Source: Vitrella brassicaformis CCMP3155
Lineage: Eukaryota > Protista > Chromerida
Direction of reading: 5' to 3'
DNA: 64,000 nucleotides
Assembly: GCA_001179505.1 (NCBI GenBank)
Contig: CDMY01000656.1
Location: forward strand, 244,471 to 308,470
Shown: piece by piece, positions 26,030 through 38,215 of the stretch
Numbering within the stretch: the first letter of the stretch is position 1
Layout: the number at the start of each line of letters is the position of its first letter
Notes under the pieces: model-generated
The model's input: the letters and a program-made list of their open reading frames with translations, nothing else
What the model was told of the DNA's origin: nothing
The model's database searches: none
Made by a program: the position numbers and the translations under genes

Positions 26030-27692
26030 ATGCGCGCCCTCTTCGTCATTGCCCTCGCCATCACTCTCACGGCGGCCGTCTTTGCGGACGATGCTGCTGT
26101 GGACACATCGGATGTGCAGCACATAGAGCAGCGCGAGCAGCCTGAGCAGCCGCAGCAGCAACCCAAGGCGTTCAGACATGCGGTGAGTCAAGATGCACGC
26201 GCAGGGAGGGACGTACGTGACGGGGTGTGCATGAGTGAGGTGGTGGGGGGAGGGAGATCTGACATAGCGGGCGGTGTGCGAGGTGCGTGCGGGTGGCGCA
26301 TGTGCCCCGATGCAGTGAAGACAGGCAGGCGTCCGTGTGTGAGAGACAGATCATCATGTTGGTCATCCCGTCGTCCTCCTGTTTGCGTGTGTCTTGTGCG
26401 CAGGATGCCACTGAGCTGCTGTCTGCCGAGGCCGAGGCTCCCCGTCTTGAGGCCACTGCTGGCTACAAGGCCTCCACACCCACCACCATCGGCAGAACAG
26501 TCCTGTGGGTCGGCTTCGCCTGCATGGTCAGCCACTCGCCTGTCTACACAGACAGATCTCCCATACATGTCGATTGGTGTCTGCGTCACCGTCACCTCTG
26601 TCTTTGTGTCTTGTGTGGTGTGGTGCGGTGTGGTTTGGTGTGGTGTGGTGTGTGTGCAGGCTCTGTCCACCCTGTATTTCGTCCAACAAGCATACAGCTT
26701 TGAGATCTTTCAGAGGAAGGTAGGTACCAAATCCTTGTTTGTTGTCCACAGCCTGAGGCACCTGGCGGCACACGTCTGTGTCCTGTCGTCATCGCCATGT
26801 CAGTTCCACTACGTGTCGGCGGGCATCACGGGCATCGCGGCGCTGGCCTACCTCTGCATGTCGCTCGACATCGGTGTCTCCTCCGATGAGGGCGGCCGAT
26901 CCTTCTACTGGGCTCGCTACGTCGACTGGACGCTCACGACGCCCCTGCTGCTGGTCGACCTGGGCTTGCTGGCGGGCGTCCACTACAATGAACTCATCTG
27001 TAAGGGGCGATGCTCCCACACGGACGTCTGTTGAGTGCTCATGTCTTTCTGTGTCTGTGTCTGCGGATGGGTGGTGTCAGATGTGATCATCATGGACATC
27101 CTTATGATCGTCGCGGGCCTCATTGGCGGCCTCTACGCGGTGAGCCGCCGCCCTCACGCAACGCACACGCCAAAGGGGGACAGACAGACAGCCGTACTCA
27201 CTCATTGGTGTGTCCGTCCATTGTGATGTTAGGATGACCCGTACAAGGGGTGGCCGCTCTTTGTGTTCGGCATGATCGTCTTCCTGCCCATCATCCTCTC
27301 GCTCACCACTTCCATGAAGGAAAAGGCGCTCTCCTTCGCATCAGGTGTACACACACACACCATCACCCCTGACGCACACGCCCCCTCACACACACAAGTG
27401 GCTGGCTGACGCACTCTTGACTCTTTCTCTGTGTGTGTCTGTGTGGTGTGGTGTGGTTTGTTCAGATGTGGGTGCTCGGTTCAACCAGCTGTCGGTCATG
27501 ACGGTGCTGCTGTGGAGCGCCTACCCCGTCGTGTGGGTGATTGCCGAGGGCACCAAGGTCATCCCCGTCGACCTCGAGATCGTCCTCTACGCCATCCTGG
27601 ACGTGTCGGCCAAATGCCTCTTCGGCTTCATCCTCCTCGCCAACAGATCCCTCATCGAACGCGCCACCGGGCAAGCCCTCGCCGCTCAGTAG
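26030..27692 (+). CDS. Type-1 (microbial) rhodopsin, bacteriorhodopsin-like outward proton pump (DTD motif), with signal peptide and N-terminal extension, 309 aa
   Basis: Seven exons (26030-26182, 26404-26526, 26660-26719, 26804-26999, 27081-27139, 27233-27344, 27466-27692) total 930 nt in frame. Helix C WARYVDWTLTTPLLLVDL gives R82/D85/T89/D96; MDILMI gives D115; AEG and DLEIV give E194/E204; LDVSAK gives D212 and the retinal Lys216 (BR numbering). Confidence 0.95.
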
Positions 27693-29046
27693 ACAGACTC
27701 GTTCTGTAGGCTAACTAACTATTTTCATTGTGCGTAATCTTTATCGATGCATTGGTGTGGGGTGCGTGGGCGTCCGCGCGAGTCTGTCTGTGTGTGTGTG
27801 GTGAAAGGAGAGAGGGGGAGGGAAGGAGGCACCTGTAACGTATGTAGAACTGTCCGCCTGGCTGGCCGTCGTGGTCTCTCTCTGTCTGCGTGTCTGTCTT
27901 TCCCTCTGTGTGTCGCTATCTGCTGTCATGTATCTGAGTGTGTGTGTGTGTGTGAGAGAGAGAGTGCGTGTCTGATGAGCTGCTACCACGCAGTGCCGCT
28001 GCGTCTGGTGAAGGGTGTTTTCCTACCTGCACGTGTGGTGACGAAATATGCGGAGAGATTCTCTGTCTTGCTACTGTCGTGTTGGCACCCGTATATCTGC
28101 CTCGGCGTGATATGGATGGATGGGTGGATGCGCCATGCATGCGCAGCGATTTTCGAGCCCGAGGAGAGAGGGATGTCTCGATGAGTGAATGCCTGTGTGA
28201 GACTGCTGAACGCGCCCTCCCGTCTTCTCCTGGCCGCCGTGCTGAAGGGCTTCCGCAGCTGAGATGATAGTCGGCTGAGCAGACTCTCTCTCTGCTGAGG
28301 CACGCCGTCGGCACGTCGGCCAGGAGTGGTTGGGAAGGGCGGCCCAGTGGACTGTGAAGAGGTTTTCTCGAAGGAAGGAAGATGTGCACCCTGCGATGTG
28401 ATCTCGTGGTCTGCGCTGTGCGTCGGGGGTGGATGTTGCGAGTCACCATCGTCACAGCAGACGGTGATGAATCGTGCGTTGTCGTCCCTCGACAACAGCG
28501 CAGATTTCGTGATTGTTGGTTTCAAGAAGGGGGTGCACGTTCACCATTCGTTGGGGTTGCTCTGTCTGTCTGCCTGGCTCGTGCCGGGTGGCGTGATTTT
28601 CTCATCTGCATGTGTAGATACAGAGAGCGATAAGATATATAGGAGAAGGGGGCGGGGCGGGTGGGATGACACAAATCACATGCACCGCGCAGTTGCACCG
28701 AAGGTGAGTGGATGCAGTGAGAGAAGTGGGGCATGGCTGTTTCTCGTTGCGATGACGGGTGGAGAGATCGAGCCAAGGGAGGGAAAGCCACACAGTCATG
28801 ACCGACTCGACATTCATTCCATGAGAGAGAGGAGCGTAGTAGACTCGAGCCTGCTTGTGGTGTGGGTCTGTGTGCGTGTGCGCGTGAGTGAGTGAGATTT
28901 GTCGGTGTGCGGCACGTGCCCTTTCCTCTCTGTGTGTGTGAATGACTTGCCACGATTTAGTGAATCTTCGTGTCCAACTCTCTGTATCGACACATGAGAT
29001 GAACACGGCAACAAACAAACAAGTCAGCACACGCACGCATAAGTCA

Positions 29047-30008
29047 CTACGAAAGCAATGGAGGCACACCAGCACTTGCACTTGCCGACGATGAAGACGA
29101 AGCCTCCCCACCCCCAGACCCACCACCAGACCCCTCCACCCCATCAAAAGCCGTCCTCCCATCCCCAGCAACCATCGCCTTGGAGCACTCGTCTATCTGC
29201 CGCTGTGTCATGTGGCCGCACGCCAGCTCTCGAGTGTACATCCGGGCCATCGACCGGAAGCCACGCAGGTCGCCGCTGCGAATCAGGTTGCCTGCACCAC
29301 ACCACACCACACCACACCACACACATACTCCTTCACACACGGGAACAGCTGAGTGGAGTGCTGGTCAGTCAGTCTACCTGCGTCACAGTTGAGAGGGCTC
29401 TCCGCGTTTGGCGCGTATAGGAGGGCGATAACAGCTCGACAGACGTAGAGGAGCGTCCACGCCGGGCTCCAGTCTGTCTTCAAGATGTCCAGACATACCT
29501 CACCTGGCAGCACACACCGGACCGCACCAGATGAGCAGGCACCTCACAATCAGCCATGAGCCAATCAATCAATCTGAATGTGTGTGTGTGTGTACCTGTG
29601 AGGAAGTTGACATTGGGGTGGAACACTTGCGTCTTGAAGGTGACTTTCGGGGGGTGGATGGGGTAGGAAGGGGGACACACAAGCTTCACCGTGAAGCGGC
29701 CGTGCTGCATCGCATCCCAGTCCAGTGCAGAAGCACACACACACACCGTTCACGCACCACACAAGCTGTGAAAGGACGAGCGCCTTCTGCGGACCTCATA
29801 GGGCGATTCCTTTGGTCCGCTGAGCACCGCCTCCCAGCTGTACAGATTGTCCATGCTGCAGCAGCGGCACAGATCCATCCAGGCAGACTGGGAGTCAGAA
29901 TGCGTCGTCATCTCGAGGTCTTTACTTTGCGTTGAGTTCGATGTCGCTTTCGGGATTCTTCTGCACCTCACGCAGCTCCGTGAGCAGACGACTACGCGGA
30001 TTCGCCAT
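29047..30008 (-). CDS. PEX4: Ubiquitin-conjugating enzyme E2, peroxin-4-like
   Basis: MANPRSRLLTELREV..WEAVLSGPKESPYE/HGRF..YPIHPPKVTFKTQVFHPNVNFLT/GEVCLDILKTDWSPAWTL..SPLNCDA/GNLIRSGDLRGFRSMARMYT. The C-terminal NCDxGNLxRSGDxRGFxSMARMYT is characteristic of PEX4-type E2s. Confidence 0.85.
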
Positions 30009-30538
30009 CGCTTTGCTTGATCCAGATGCGAGCTTTGCCTGACCGCGTTCTTGGAGGTGGTGGAGGAAATGCACAGCCCTGCAGGCCCACAAGCAGCAGA
30101 CTGTTGGAAAGTCGGCGGTGCCCCCGCCAGCGAGATCTTGTAAGGCGAGCGGAAGCTCGCTACCCTAGCCCAGTTGAACTAAAAGGGCCTTCGCTCTTAT
30201 CTTATCTCTATTCCTTTGAGCGGCGAAAGTCGCGTTTCTTCAAGACAGACGAGTCCATCGGCGGCAGCAACAATCCCGTTCTTTCATCTCCTGCAAACAG
30301 GTGATAGATCCGCACCGACCGAAGGGTGAATGGCTGAGTATGGATGAGCCCGTTCATCTGTGGTATGCATGCGCTTCTGTGTCCTGCAGCGCTGGGTCCT
30401 TTAGTCGACCGATGAATCAGTTGACCCCTGTGGTTGGGACACTCACTCTCTGATACGACAGCTCTCCACTCGCAATTCTGCGTCTTGCCACCTCTTGACG
30501 ACGCCAAAGCGACTTACTTCACAGACGCTCTTCCCAAG

Positions 30539-31625
30539 ATGACGAGACCTTACGGCTCATCGCCTGTCGATGAGCCCGCCCGCTCTTACCTGTCACCTCC
30601 AGCGACGACCAGCGGCCACGCAGCTGTCCGCACGGCCAAGCGCACAGTCATCGGCCTCGTGATTCTTGGCGCAGCGATTGTTTGTCTCACTTTTGCGTTC
30701 GCGGCGACATCGTGCCCTTGTTGGGGGGACTGCCCGAAGGGACGGCACTTGCACGGCACCGAGTATGACAGACAGGCACACACGGATATGGGACTGGTGG
30801 CTGCAGGGCCACATGTCATGGTGTCCTGTGTGTGGTGTTGGTTCTTGTCTTGTTCTCTCTGCCTGCCCTCCCTCCTCCCTCCCTGCCTGCCTGCCTGCAG
30901 GTGTGTCGAGGGAGGCACAGACGCCGAGAACGAAGTTGAGAAGAAGGTTCGGTCATCGATGTGGTGCTGGCTCACAAGCCGGAAATGTCAGAAATGCCCT
31001 GTAGGACAGATTCTCTACCGCAATTGGTGGGCACAAGGGACGGACAGATAGGCGCCCCTGCAGACGCACGTACCCCGACCACCCCCAAAACGGACGTTGT
31101 CCGTCTACCTGCCTGCCTGCAGGTGTGTTGAGAGTCCAGGCCGCAACGACAACAAGACCACTGCAAGTATGCTGCGACACAGCATGCGACAGCCGATCCT
31201 GCGCAATGCTCTGGAGGACAGCATTTCGACGGTACAAAGTGTGCACACGGGACGGACAGACAGGCGCCCATGCACACGTGCGTACCCCGACCACCCCCTC
31301 AGCACGGTCCTTGTCGGTCTGCCTGCCTGCCTGTCTAGGTGTGTGCCTGATGACAGTCGAGACCAAGACAGCGGCAACAATATATCAAACACGGCTTTTT
31401 CAATCCTTACTAAGGGCTCTCCAGTCCCGATTCTCCCTCCTATCGCGATTCGAGTACTTCGCCAAGGCCTTGGCTCCTGCACACGGCTCTGACTTCATCG
31501 CCTGGTCACCATCAGTCACAGCCACAACCTTAGCATCCGATGGTCCTCAGCTGGCAGGGCGAACGGCGCTGGAGAAGTACGCCACGGCCGTGGCCGGCTG
31601 GGGCCCCACGATAGTGCTCATGTGA
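30539..31625 (+). CDS. Small single-TM protein with duplicated Cys-rich exons, hypothetical
   Basis: Exons 30539-30762, 30901-31026, 31123-31238 and 31339-31625 give an open frame. TM segment VIGLVILGAAIVCLTFAFA; repeated C-x-x-G-[RQ]...C-V units across exon junctions. Confidence 0.55.
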
Positions 31626-32556
31626 TGGGAGGGGGGGTGGGTGGGAGAGGGTGCAGGCCAGATGGTGCAGTGGTTCGTGTGGTGTGCTTGTCTCGCCAGT
31701 GTGTGGAAGGGGTGCTGTATGGTGACTGGACTTTGATTTGTCGTTAGTTGGTTGTGCCATAGCCAGTGAAGCCTGCTGGCCTGCCTGCAATCAGTGTGTG
31801 TGCAGTGAGAACAAGACCAGCGGCGTGCCTGGCTCCTCTGCATGTGTGTGTGTGTGTGCGTGTGCGTGTCTGTCTGCCTTGTCATGAGGGCGTATTTCTC
31901 GTCACTCGCTCACCCATTGCACACCTGTGTGTGTTTTTGAATTCACGACTAGAGACTATAGTGCGTCTCCCGTTGGTTCGTTGGTTTTGTGTGTGCGTGG
32001 GGTGTGTGGGTGGATGGGTGCCTTTATTGCTTTTGCGTGTGTGTGTTGGTGTGTGGAACTGAGAGCTCGAATTGACGTCGACAGAGAGAGTCGAGACCGT
32101 CTGCCTGTCCGTGTCCTTCTCCGGTGTATGCATCTCGTTGTCCTGGAAGGACACGACACGGCTGTGGTGTGGTGTGGCGCTGGTTTTTTGTGTGTTCTGT
32201 GAGACAAATCCATCCGCGTCGCGTGATGGGTTGCTGCCTGAGGTGTATGGTGCGTACTAATCCGTGTGCTGCTGTTCATTCGTTTATCCATTGTCCATTG
32301 ACGTGTCGCTCGCCTGGATAGCATGAGGCCGGGAGTCATTCCGAAGTCCCGCACGCCATGCAGATCTGAACACACACGCTTCACAAAGCGACAGAGAAGG
32401 CATCAACCATGGTGCTTGGGAACGGGGCAACACACGTCTGATGCGGTCTGATTTTGCACTGCCATTCACGGCGCTGCAGTCGCGAGTGGAGCTCGCACAA
32501 TTCCTGCCAACGATTTTCTCTCTTACCAGCGATTTCTTTACTCCGACGGCAGCGCC

Positions 32557-35500
32557 ATGAGCATCAACAAGGGCCACAACTTTGACGTCAAGCTGTTTGG
32601 CTTCTCATGTGGCGGCATCTCTGCCTCACGAATCAGAGATGCAGAGCCCTTCCACCTCACAGTGAACTTCGATGGCAGCTGCGGCTTTCAGGTGCGCCTG
32701 CCTCAGGAGTGTGATGGCACCGCACTCATCTCGACTTCTGTGTGTGTCCTGCAGACTGAGGCAGTGACTGGGGTGGAGCCTCACTGGACGTGCAGCCGTC
32801 GATTTGCCTATCAGACCAGCAGCATCGACACACTCACAACGTACAGCAGTACAGAAAGGGAAAGGAACGAGTCGCTCATTGAAGTTGCGTTCGTTTGTTT
32901 GTTTCTCAGCAAGTACCTCAGTATTTCGTGCGCCGATGGGGCTGCTGTGGTTGGTGAGGCGTCTGTCGACCTGCGGACACTTGCCACAGGCCCAACGCGG
33001 TACTCACTCACTCTCAAGGACGGACAGAAGGCAATGGTACGTGTGACAGATCGGTGGCAGCGAGGATGGATGCATGTTGGCAGCTGTGTTCGGTGCTGTA
33101 TGTCCAGGGCACTGTACGGTTCACGTGTGTTATGGAGATGAAGACCAGTGTGGCCATAACTGTCAAGAACCTGTTTCTCAGCTGCAGCAAGGTCACACAG
33201 CATCCGTGTTTGCAGACAACTAACTGCACGGTGAGTATGTTATGTTGGTCAGGCGATGGGCGCGTCGATTCGTGTCGTCCCTTCGATGGCCAGCAGTCTC
33301 GATTTCTCTTTTCCGTACTCAGCGGTGCGTCGGCTGGCCATGCATAGCATACACCTCTCTAAATGTGACGTACACACATGTACTTATACGTGTGTTGCGT
33401 GCAGGAGGGCCATTGGCGTGGCGACAGGACCGTCATTGTCGATACTGCACTGGTGAGTGAGCTGACCAAATCGAAGCGGAGAGAAAAGGCGGTCGTTTCC
33501 GTTTCCGTGACGTGTCCGTTTGCTCAGTGGGGTTTGTTGCGGGCTGACATGGAGGAGCACCTGCTGTTTTATGCGCTCGACCGAGACGGTTTCGTCGTCG
33601 CAACTGGTGGGGAGCAACACATTAAGACATTAGTGGCTGCAATCGATAGGTGCACATCAGATCCTTGTTGTGTGTATGTGCAGCAAAGGTAGCCTTCTGC
33701 GAGCACTTCTCGATGGATGGCACTGCCGCATTCAGAGGTGCGCATGAGTAGACATGCTTGATGCACACCACGGCTCGGGCGGCATCTTTTTCTGTTGTGT
33801 CGGTTGATTGCCTGTCCGTCAGTTCCGCTTGCCCCCACGAGTGCCGTCAGCGGCCATCTGTCTGGCGAGCTCGAGTACCAGAACTGCCCACCCCTTGCCC
33901 AGCTGGCGGGCGGCATCTACTGCGACCGTCCCGCCCCAATTGTGCATGGTGGGTATCGGCTGGTGGCGAATCTGCCCTACCCGCCAGGCCTTCAGGAGGT
34001 GAGCTGTGCTCTGACTGACTGACTAGGTTTGCCTGTGGTGATGACGCTCTGGTGTGTCTTTCTTCAGGCTCCTCCCGTGCTTTCCTCACCTGCTCACTTC
34101 CTGCCACTACACGACACCCCAGATGCCATGCTGCAGCTGCAGCTGCAGCAGGGCGACAACCGTCAGGTACACACATACAAGTGCATCCATCAGTCACATG
34201 ACTGCCTGTGCCTATTTATTTGTATGTCCCTCCCCGCAGGAGCTCCCTCTTGATGTACGTGTCGTTGGCACTTGTCGGCAGCCGTGCTGCCTGTCTGATG
34301 CGGAGGTCAGTGTGGCTGATCTGCGGCAACACCTCCACAAGGCCATGGAGGCCAACAATTTGGGACAGGTGAGTGACTGTGAGGAAGACAGACAGGCGGC
34401 TGGGCTGGGCTCGTTCGTCATCCGCTGTCTGTGGTTGTATGGGTGCAGGCCTTTGCGTGTGGCGAGGCTGCTGGAGGTTGATCCACACGGCGGGCATCAG
34501 GAAGCCCTTGCAGAGTGGCTGGATGGCGACCTGGATAGGGAGCCCCCGGCAATGGGGCTCGATAGCATCCACTTGACGCTGCCCGACACACCAAACCAGG
34601 TGGGTCAGCCACGCTTAACGTGACACATGCACATGGGAATGCGGAATTCACTGTTTGTCAGGCCTGCTTGTCTGACTTCGATCTGGCCATCGAGACGGCC
34701 TTGCGGGACACGGGGATCGACCCGCTATTTCGAGACGTCCTCACGGCGAAGGGGCTTGACTCGTGGGACACGATGCGCGCATTGGTAGAGAATGAGCCCT
34801 TGGCCTGCAAGGCACTGGAGGGCATCGGCATACCGCCTCTCAAGTGCATCCACTTCGTCAACGAGATGAAGAGAACAGTACATGGATGCGACGACACTGA
34901 CAGCCATGTCAGTCAGTCAGCCAGCCAGTCAGTCAGTCAGCGAGCGATGGGTGCACTCACCCACTCAGGCCACCAGCAACACATCCCCCTCCGACGTGTG
35001 TGTGTTGCTTCATCCAGGTCACTGACCCACAAGCACCGCTTATTCAAGACAATCGTGAGAGGGCCATGGTCACCCTTAGACAGCGGCATCATGGCGGCAC
35101 TGCGGGGGCCGTCGTGGGCAGCGTCGCCAGCGGCCTTCTCGGCCTCAGCCTCGCCCCGAGCGCAGGCGTAGCCGCAGGTGTCGCCAGTGCTGCATTCGGT
35201 GCCGGGCTGGGGTGGCAGCTTGGCACACTGGCCGCCAACTGGTATGTCGGCTGGCGATTCACCGCAGCGGGCGTCGACCTGACCAACCGACAGAAGGAGG
35301 TGCTGGTGCTGCACGCCACTGCTGCTGGCGGGTTGGCGGGCCTGGCCGCCGGTGCAGGTGCTGCGGTGGCCACCAGAGCGGCCGCGGCATCCAGTGTAGC
35401 ATTGCGTCGCTTTCTCGCCGGCCAGTGGGTGCAGCTGACTGCAGAAGGGCGGGATGTGTGGGTGCGTGTGCGGCCAGTGGTGGGCGTGGCGGCGCGGGAG

Positions 35501-35689
35501 CTCATGAAGATGACGAGGCAGATGTGGGAGTGCAGCTACCAGGGAAGGGTCCATGAGGGCCAAGTCGATTTCGGCGCTCATGCCGTCAATTTTGGTCGGT
35601 GTGATGAGTGGGTGCGGGCGGTCATTGTTGCGCTGCTGATGGCTGCTCTTGGCACACAGAGAGGCGGCCAGATGTCCCCTGTACGATAG
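32557..35689 (+). CDS. Hypothetical multidomain protein: N-terminal C2-like beta region, SAM-like segment, C-terminal Gly/Ala-rich hydrophobic helices
   Basis: Spliced exons MSINKGHNFDVKLFGFSCGG..; VGEASVDLRTLATGP (C2-like); GIDPLFRDVLTAKGLDSWDTM..LEGIGIPPLKCIHF (SAM-like); final exon GTAGAVVGSVASGLLG..GAGLGWQLG. Domain names come from pattern recognition only. Confidence 0.65.
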
Positions 35690-35968
35690 ATGCCCCTCCG
35701 AATTGTGTCTGTCAGTGTGAGAGAGCGGATTTGTCTGTCTGTGTGTGTGCGTGAGGAGTTTTTTAAATCGATGACGTGCGTGTAGAGTAGCTGTCGGCTG
35801 GGCGCGGGTAGCCTCTGTGTGCATTGATATTGCATCCGGGGTGCGGTCGATGTGAGGATGGACGGAATGAGTGTTGCATTCAGCGCATGATCCGCGTGTC
35901 TCATACTGAAGCAGACACTGGTCGACAGACATCACCTCAGATCCCTGAGGGCAGGTCTCGCCTCAGAC

Positions 35969-36186
35969 CTCGTCAACCGAGACATGCAAATATAAGATGT
36001 AGGCAGCGGTAATCTCCCACCCCCTGTGCCGCTAACTCATCCCTCGCCCTCGGGCACTGAGAGCAACACACACGTATACGACGGGACAGCATCGACAGAG
36101 ACATGGCAATTCGGCGGAAAGCTTGTAGGCGGTCGCTCGTCAGCCAAGAGACAACAAATATAAAACGTAGGCAGCGGTGAGCTCCC
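35969..36186. repeat. Imperfect ~50-bp direct repeat (35969-36018 and 36136-36186)
   Basis: ctcgtcaaccgagacatgcaaatataagatgtaggcagcggtaatctccc versus ctcgtcagccaagagacaacaaatataaaacgtaggcagcggtgagctccc. Confidence 0.7.
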
Positions 36187-38215
36187 TATCCCGCTGGCAC
36201 GGAATGTCTCGGCGGTGTCCTGTTGGCGCCGCACATCGAGGTCGTAGTCACCGTCCCTATCCCCCGCTGGAGGCAGAGATTTTGCGCAGCTCGCCCTCCA
36301 GCGAGATGCCGCATGTCGTCTGCCCCGCCACCAAAGCATCTCGCCCTCCCGCCGGCACGCACATGCTATGCATCCCCTCCCCCCAACGCCCCCTCTGGGG
36401 GCGATGTATGTGAGCTGTGGCTGAGGCCTCACGGCCCCGAGCCCCAGCCCGTCAGAAGGCCCCGCAGACCTGAACACACACACAAACACAAACACACACA
36501 CACACACATGGCCGTGAGCGGCACACACAATGAATGCACTTCCTGTCTCTCGTCTCTCTCTCTCCCCACCCCACCCTACACCAGCTGCGTACCTTCCACA
36601 ATCCAGCACCAATCTGTGTGTCCGCCGCTCCTATCCATCTGTCTCGGCAGATTGCCTTGTTCTCCCGCCGGCATCGTCTCACCAGCCGGCCTTGTCCGCG
36701 GCACAGTCAACACGGTGCGCACCTCGCGAACATTGGAATGGCTGAAAGGAAGTAGGCGACAACGCACACACAAAAGAGCGGGAATGCATTGGAAATGTCT
36801 GTCTGTCTGTCTGTCTGTCTCCCTTACTTCATGAATTGTATGTCTCTCTCGCTCTAGTCAGTACCTACCTACCTGGGTTGAGGGGGCGTGGCTTGTCCCC
36901 CCTGGTGGCGGCCTCAGTGTTGATTGCGACCGAACAGCTGGGGGCGGTGCCCGAGGGGGGGGTGGGAGAGGGGGAGGNNNNNNNNNNNNNNNNNNNNNNN
37001 NNNNNNNNNNNNNNNNNNNNNNNNNNNNNNNNNNNNNNNNNNNNNNNNNNNNNNNNNNNNNNNNNNNNNNNNNNNNNNNNNNNNNNNNNNNNNNNNNNNN
37101 NNNNNNNNNNNNNNNNNNNNNNNNNNNNNNNNNNNNNNNNNNNNNNNNNNNNNNNNNNNNNNNNNNNNNNNNNNNNNNNNNNNNNNNNNNNNNNNNNNNN
37201 NNNNNNNNNNNNNNNNNNNNNNNNNNNNNNNNNNNNNNNNNNNNNNNNNNNNNNNNNNNNNNNNNNNNNNNNNNNNNGGGGGTGGGAGAGGGGGAGGGGG
37301 AGGAGGGGTCGGGCGAGGGCGTGGCGGGGGGCGTGCTGGGGCTGCCGCTGGCGGTCGATGCATCCCGGGCGGCCTGTATGCACCGACAAACGAACAACAC
37401 ATGTGTGTGTGTGTATGTGTGTATGTGTATATGTGTGTGTGTGTGTGTTGGTCCATGGCGTGGTGCAGTAGATGTCCCTACCTTCTGCTGCAGCTTGGCG
37501 ACTTCGGCCTTGAGCTGCGCATTCTCCTCCTCCAGCTGGCTGATTGTGGCCTGCAGACAGACAGACAGACAGAACAGACTTGTGGATAATAAACTTTAAG
37601 AAGGATCGGCGTGTCTGTCGTACACTGACCTCCAACTCGTCTATCTCCGCCAGGAGCATCCTCTGCACGCAACACACCACACACAGACAGACAGATGAGT
37701 GAGTCGGTGTGCGGTATGTCAGCTGTGCCGCCCACACCCTCTCTGTCGACTGACGTGCCCACCTGGTTCTCTTTTGCCGTGCGGCAGTTCTTTACGTGGA
37801 GGTCCTGCCACGCAGTGTTGCGGATGGCGAGGGCCTTGTACCGCTCGTGCCATTCGGAGCACTGGGTTGCACGTCACACACAGACAGATGTCGCAACCAT
37901 GATTTCAGTGGGTGCGATGCGTTTCTCGGTTCCCTCCTGACCATGCAGTAAGTTGCGCTCTTCGTACAGCTTCACCAACTCCTGACGGCTCAAGCTACTC
38001 AACCCTGCGACACACAGAGATCGCATAATGCCGTTCAGCGTCACCCCCCTCACACACAGAGGAGCCATGCAGCTTTCTGCCTGTCCCGCCGCCCCTCTCT
38101 GCATCCAATTCACTGCCCTTGAGGCCCACTTACTATCTGCAAGGCGCGCCTCCGCCTCGTTGTCCCTCTCGGCGGCCTCGATGACCTGCTGGAGGCTCAA
38201 CATAGGGCCCCTCAT
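36037..38215 (-). CDS. Coiled-coil/Pro-rich hypothetical protein, tandem copy A (3' end uncertain, spans a gap)
   Basis: MRGPMLSLQQVIEAAERDNEAEARLAD/..EWHERYKALAIRNTAWQ../ATISQLEEENAQLKAEVAKLQQK/ followed by a Pro-rich exon interrupted by Ns. Confidence 0.55.
36978..37277. other. Assembly gap (300 N)
   Basis: 300 N; both flanks carry GGGGGTGGGAGAGGGGGAGG, suggesting a collapsed G-rich tandem repeat. Confidence 1.

Noticed and set aside
26030-27692. Channelrhodopsin, enzyme-rhodopsin or stromal plastid-targeted interpretation
   Set aside because: The DTD pump motif with E194/E204 is present and the C-terminal tail is short, with no fused domain. The residues after the signal peptide are acidic, unlike a transit peptide.
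27983-28525. Minus-strand 180-aa ORF between the rhodopsin and PEX4 genes
   Set aside because: TTG-started, with no motif, no clear splice partners and no codon bias; cannot be supported as a gene.
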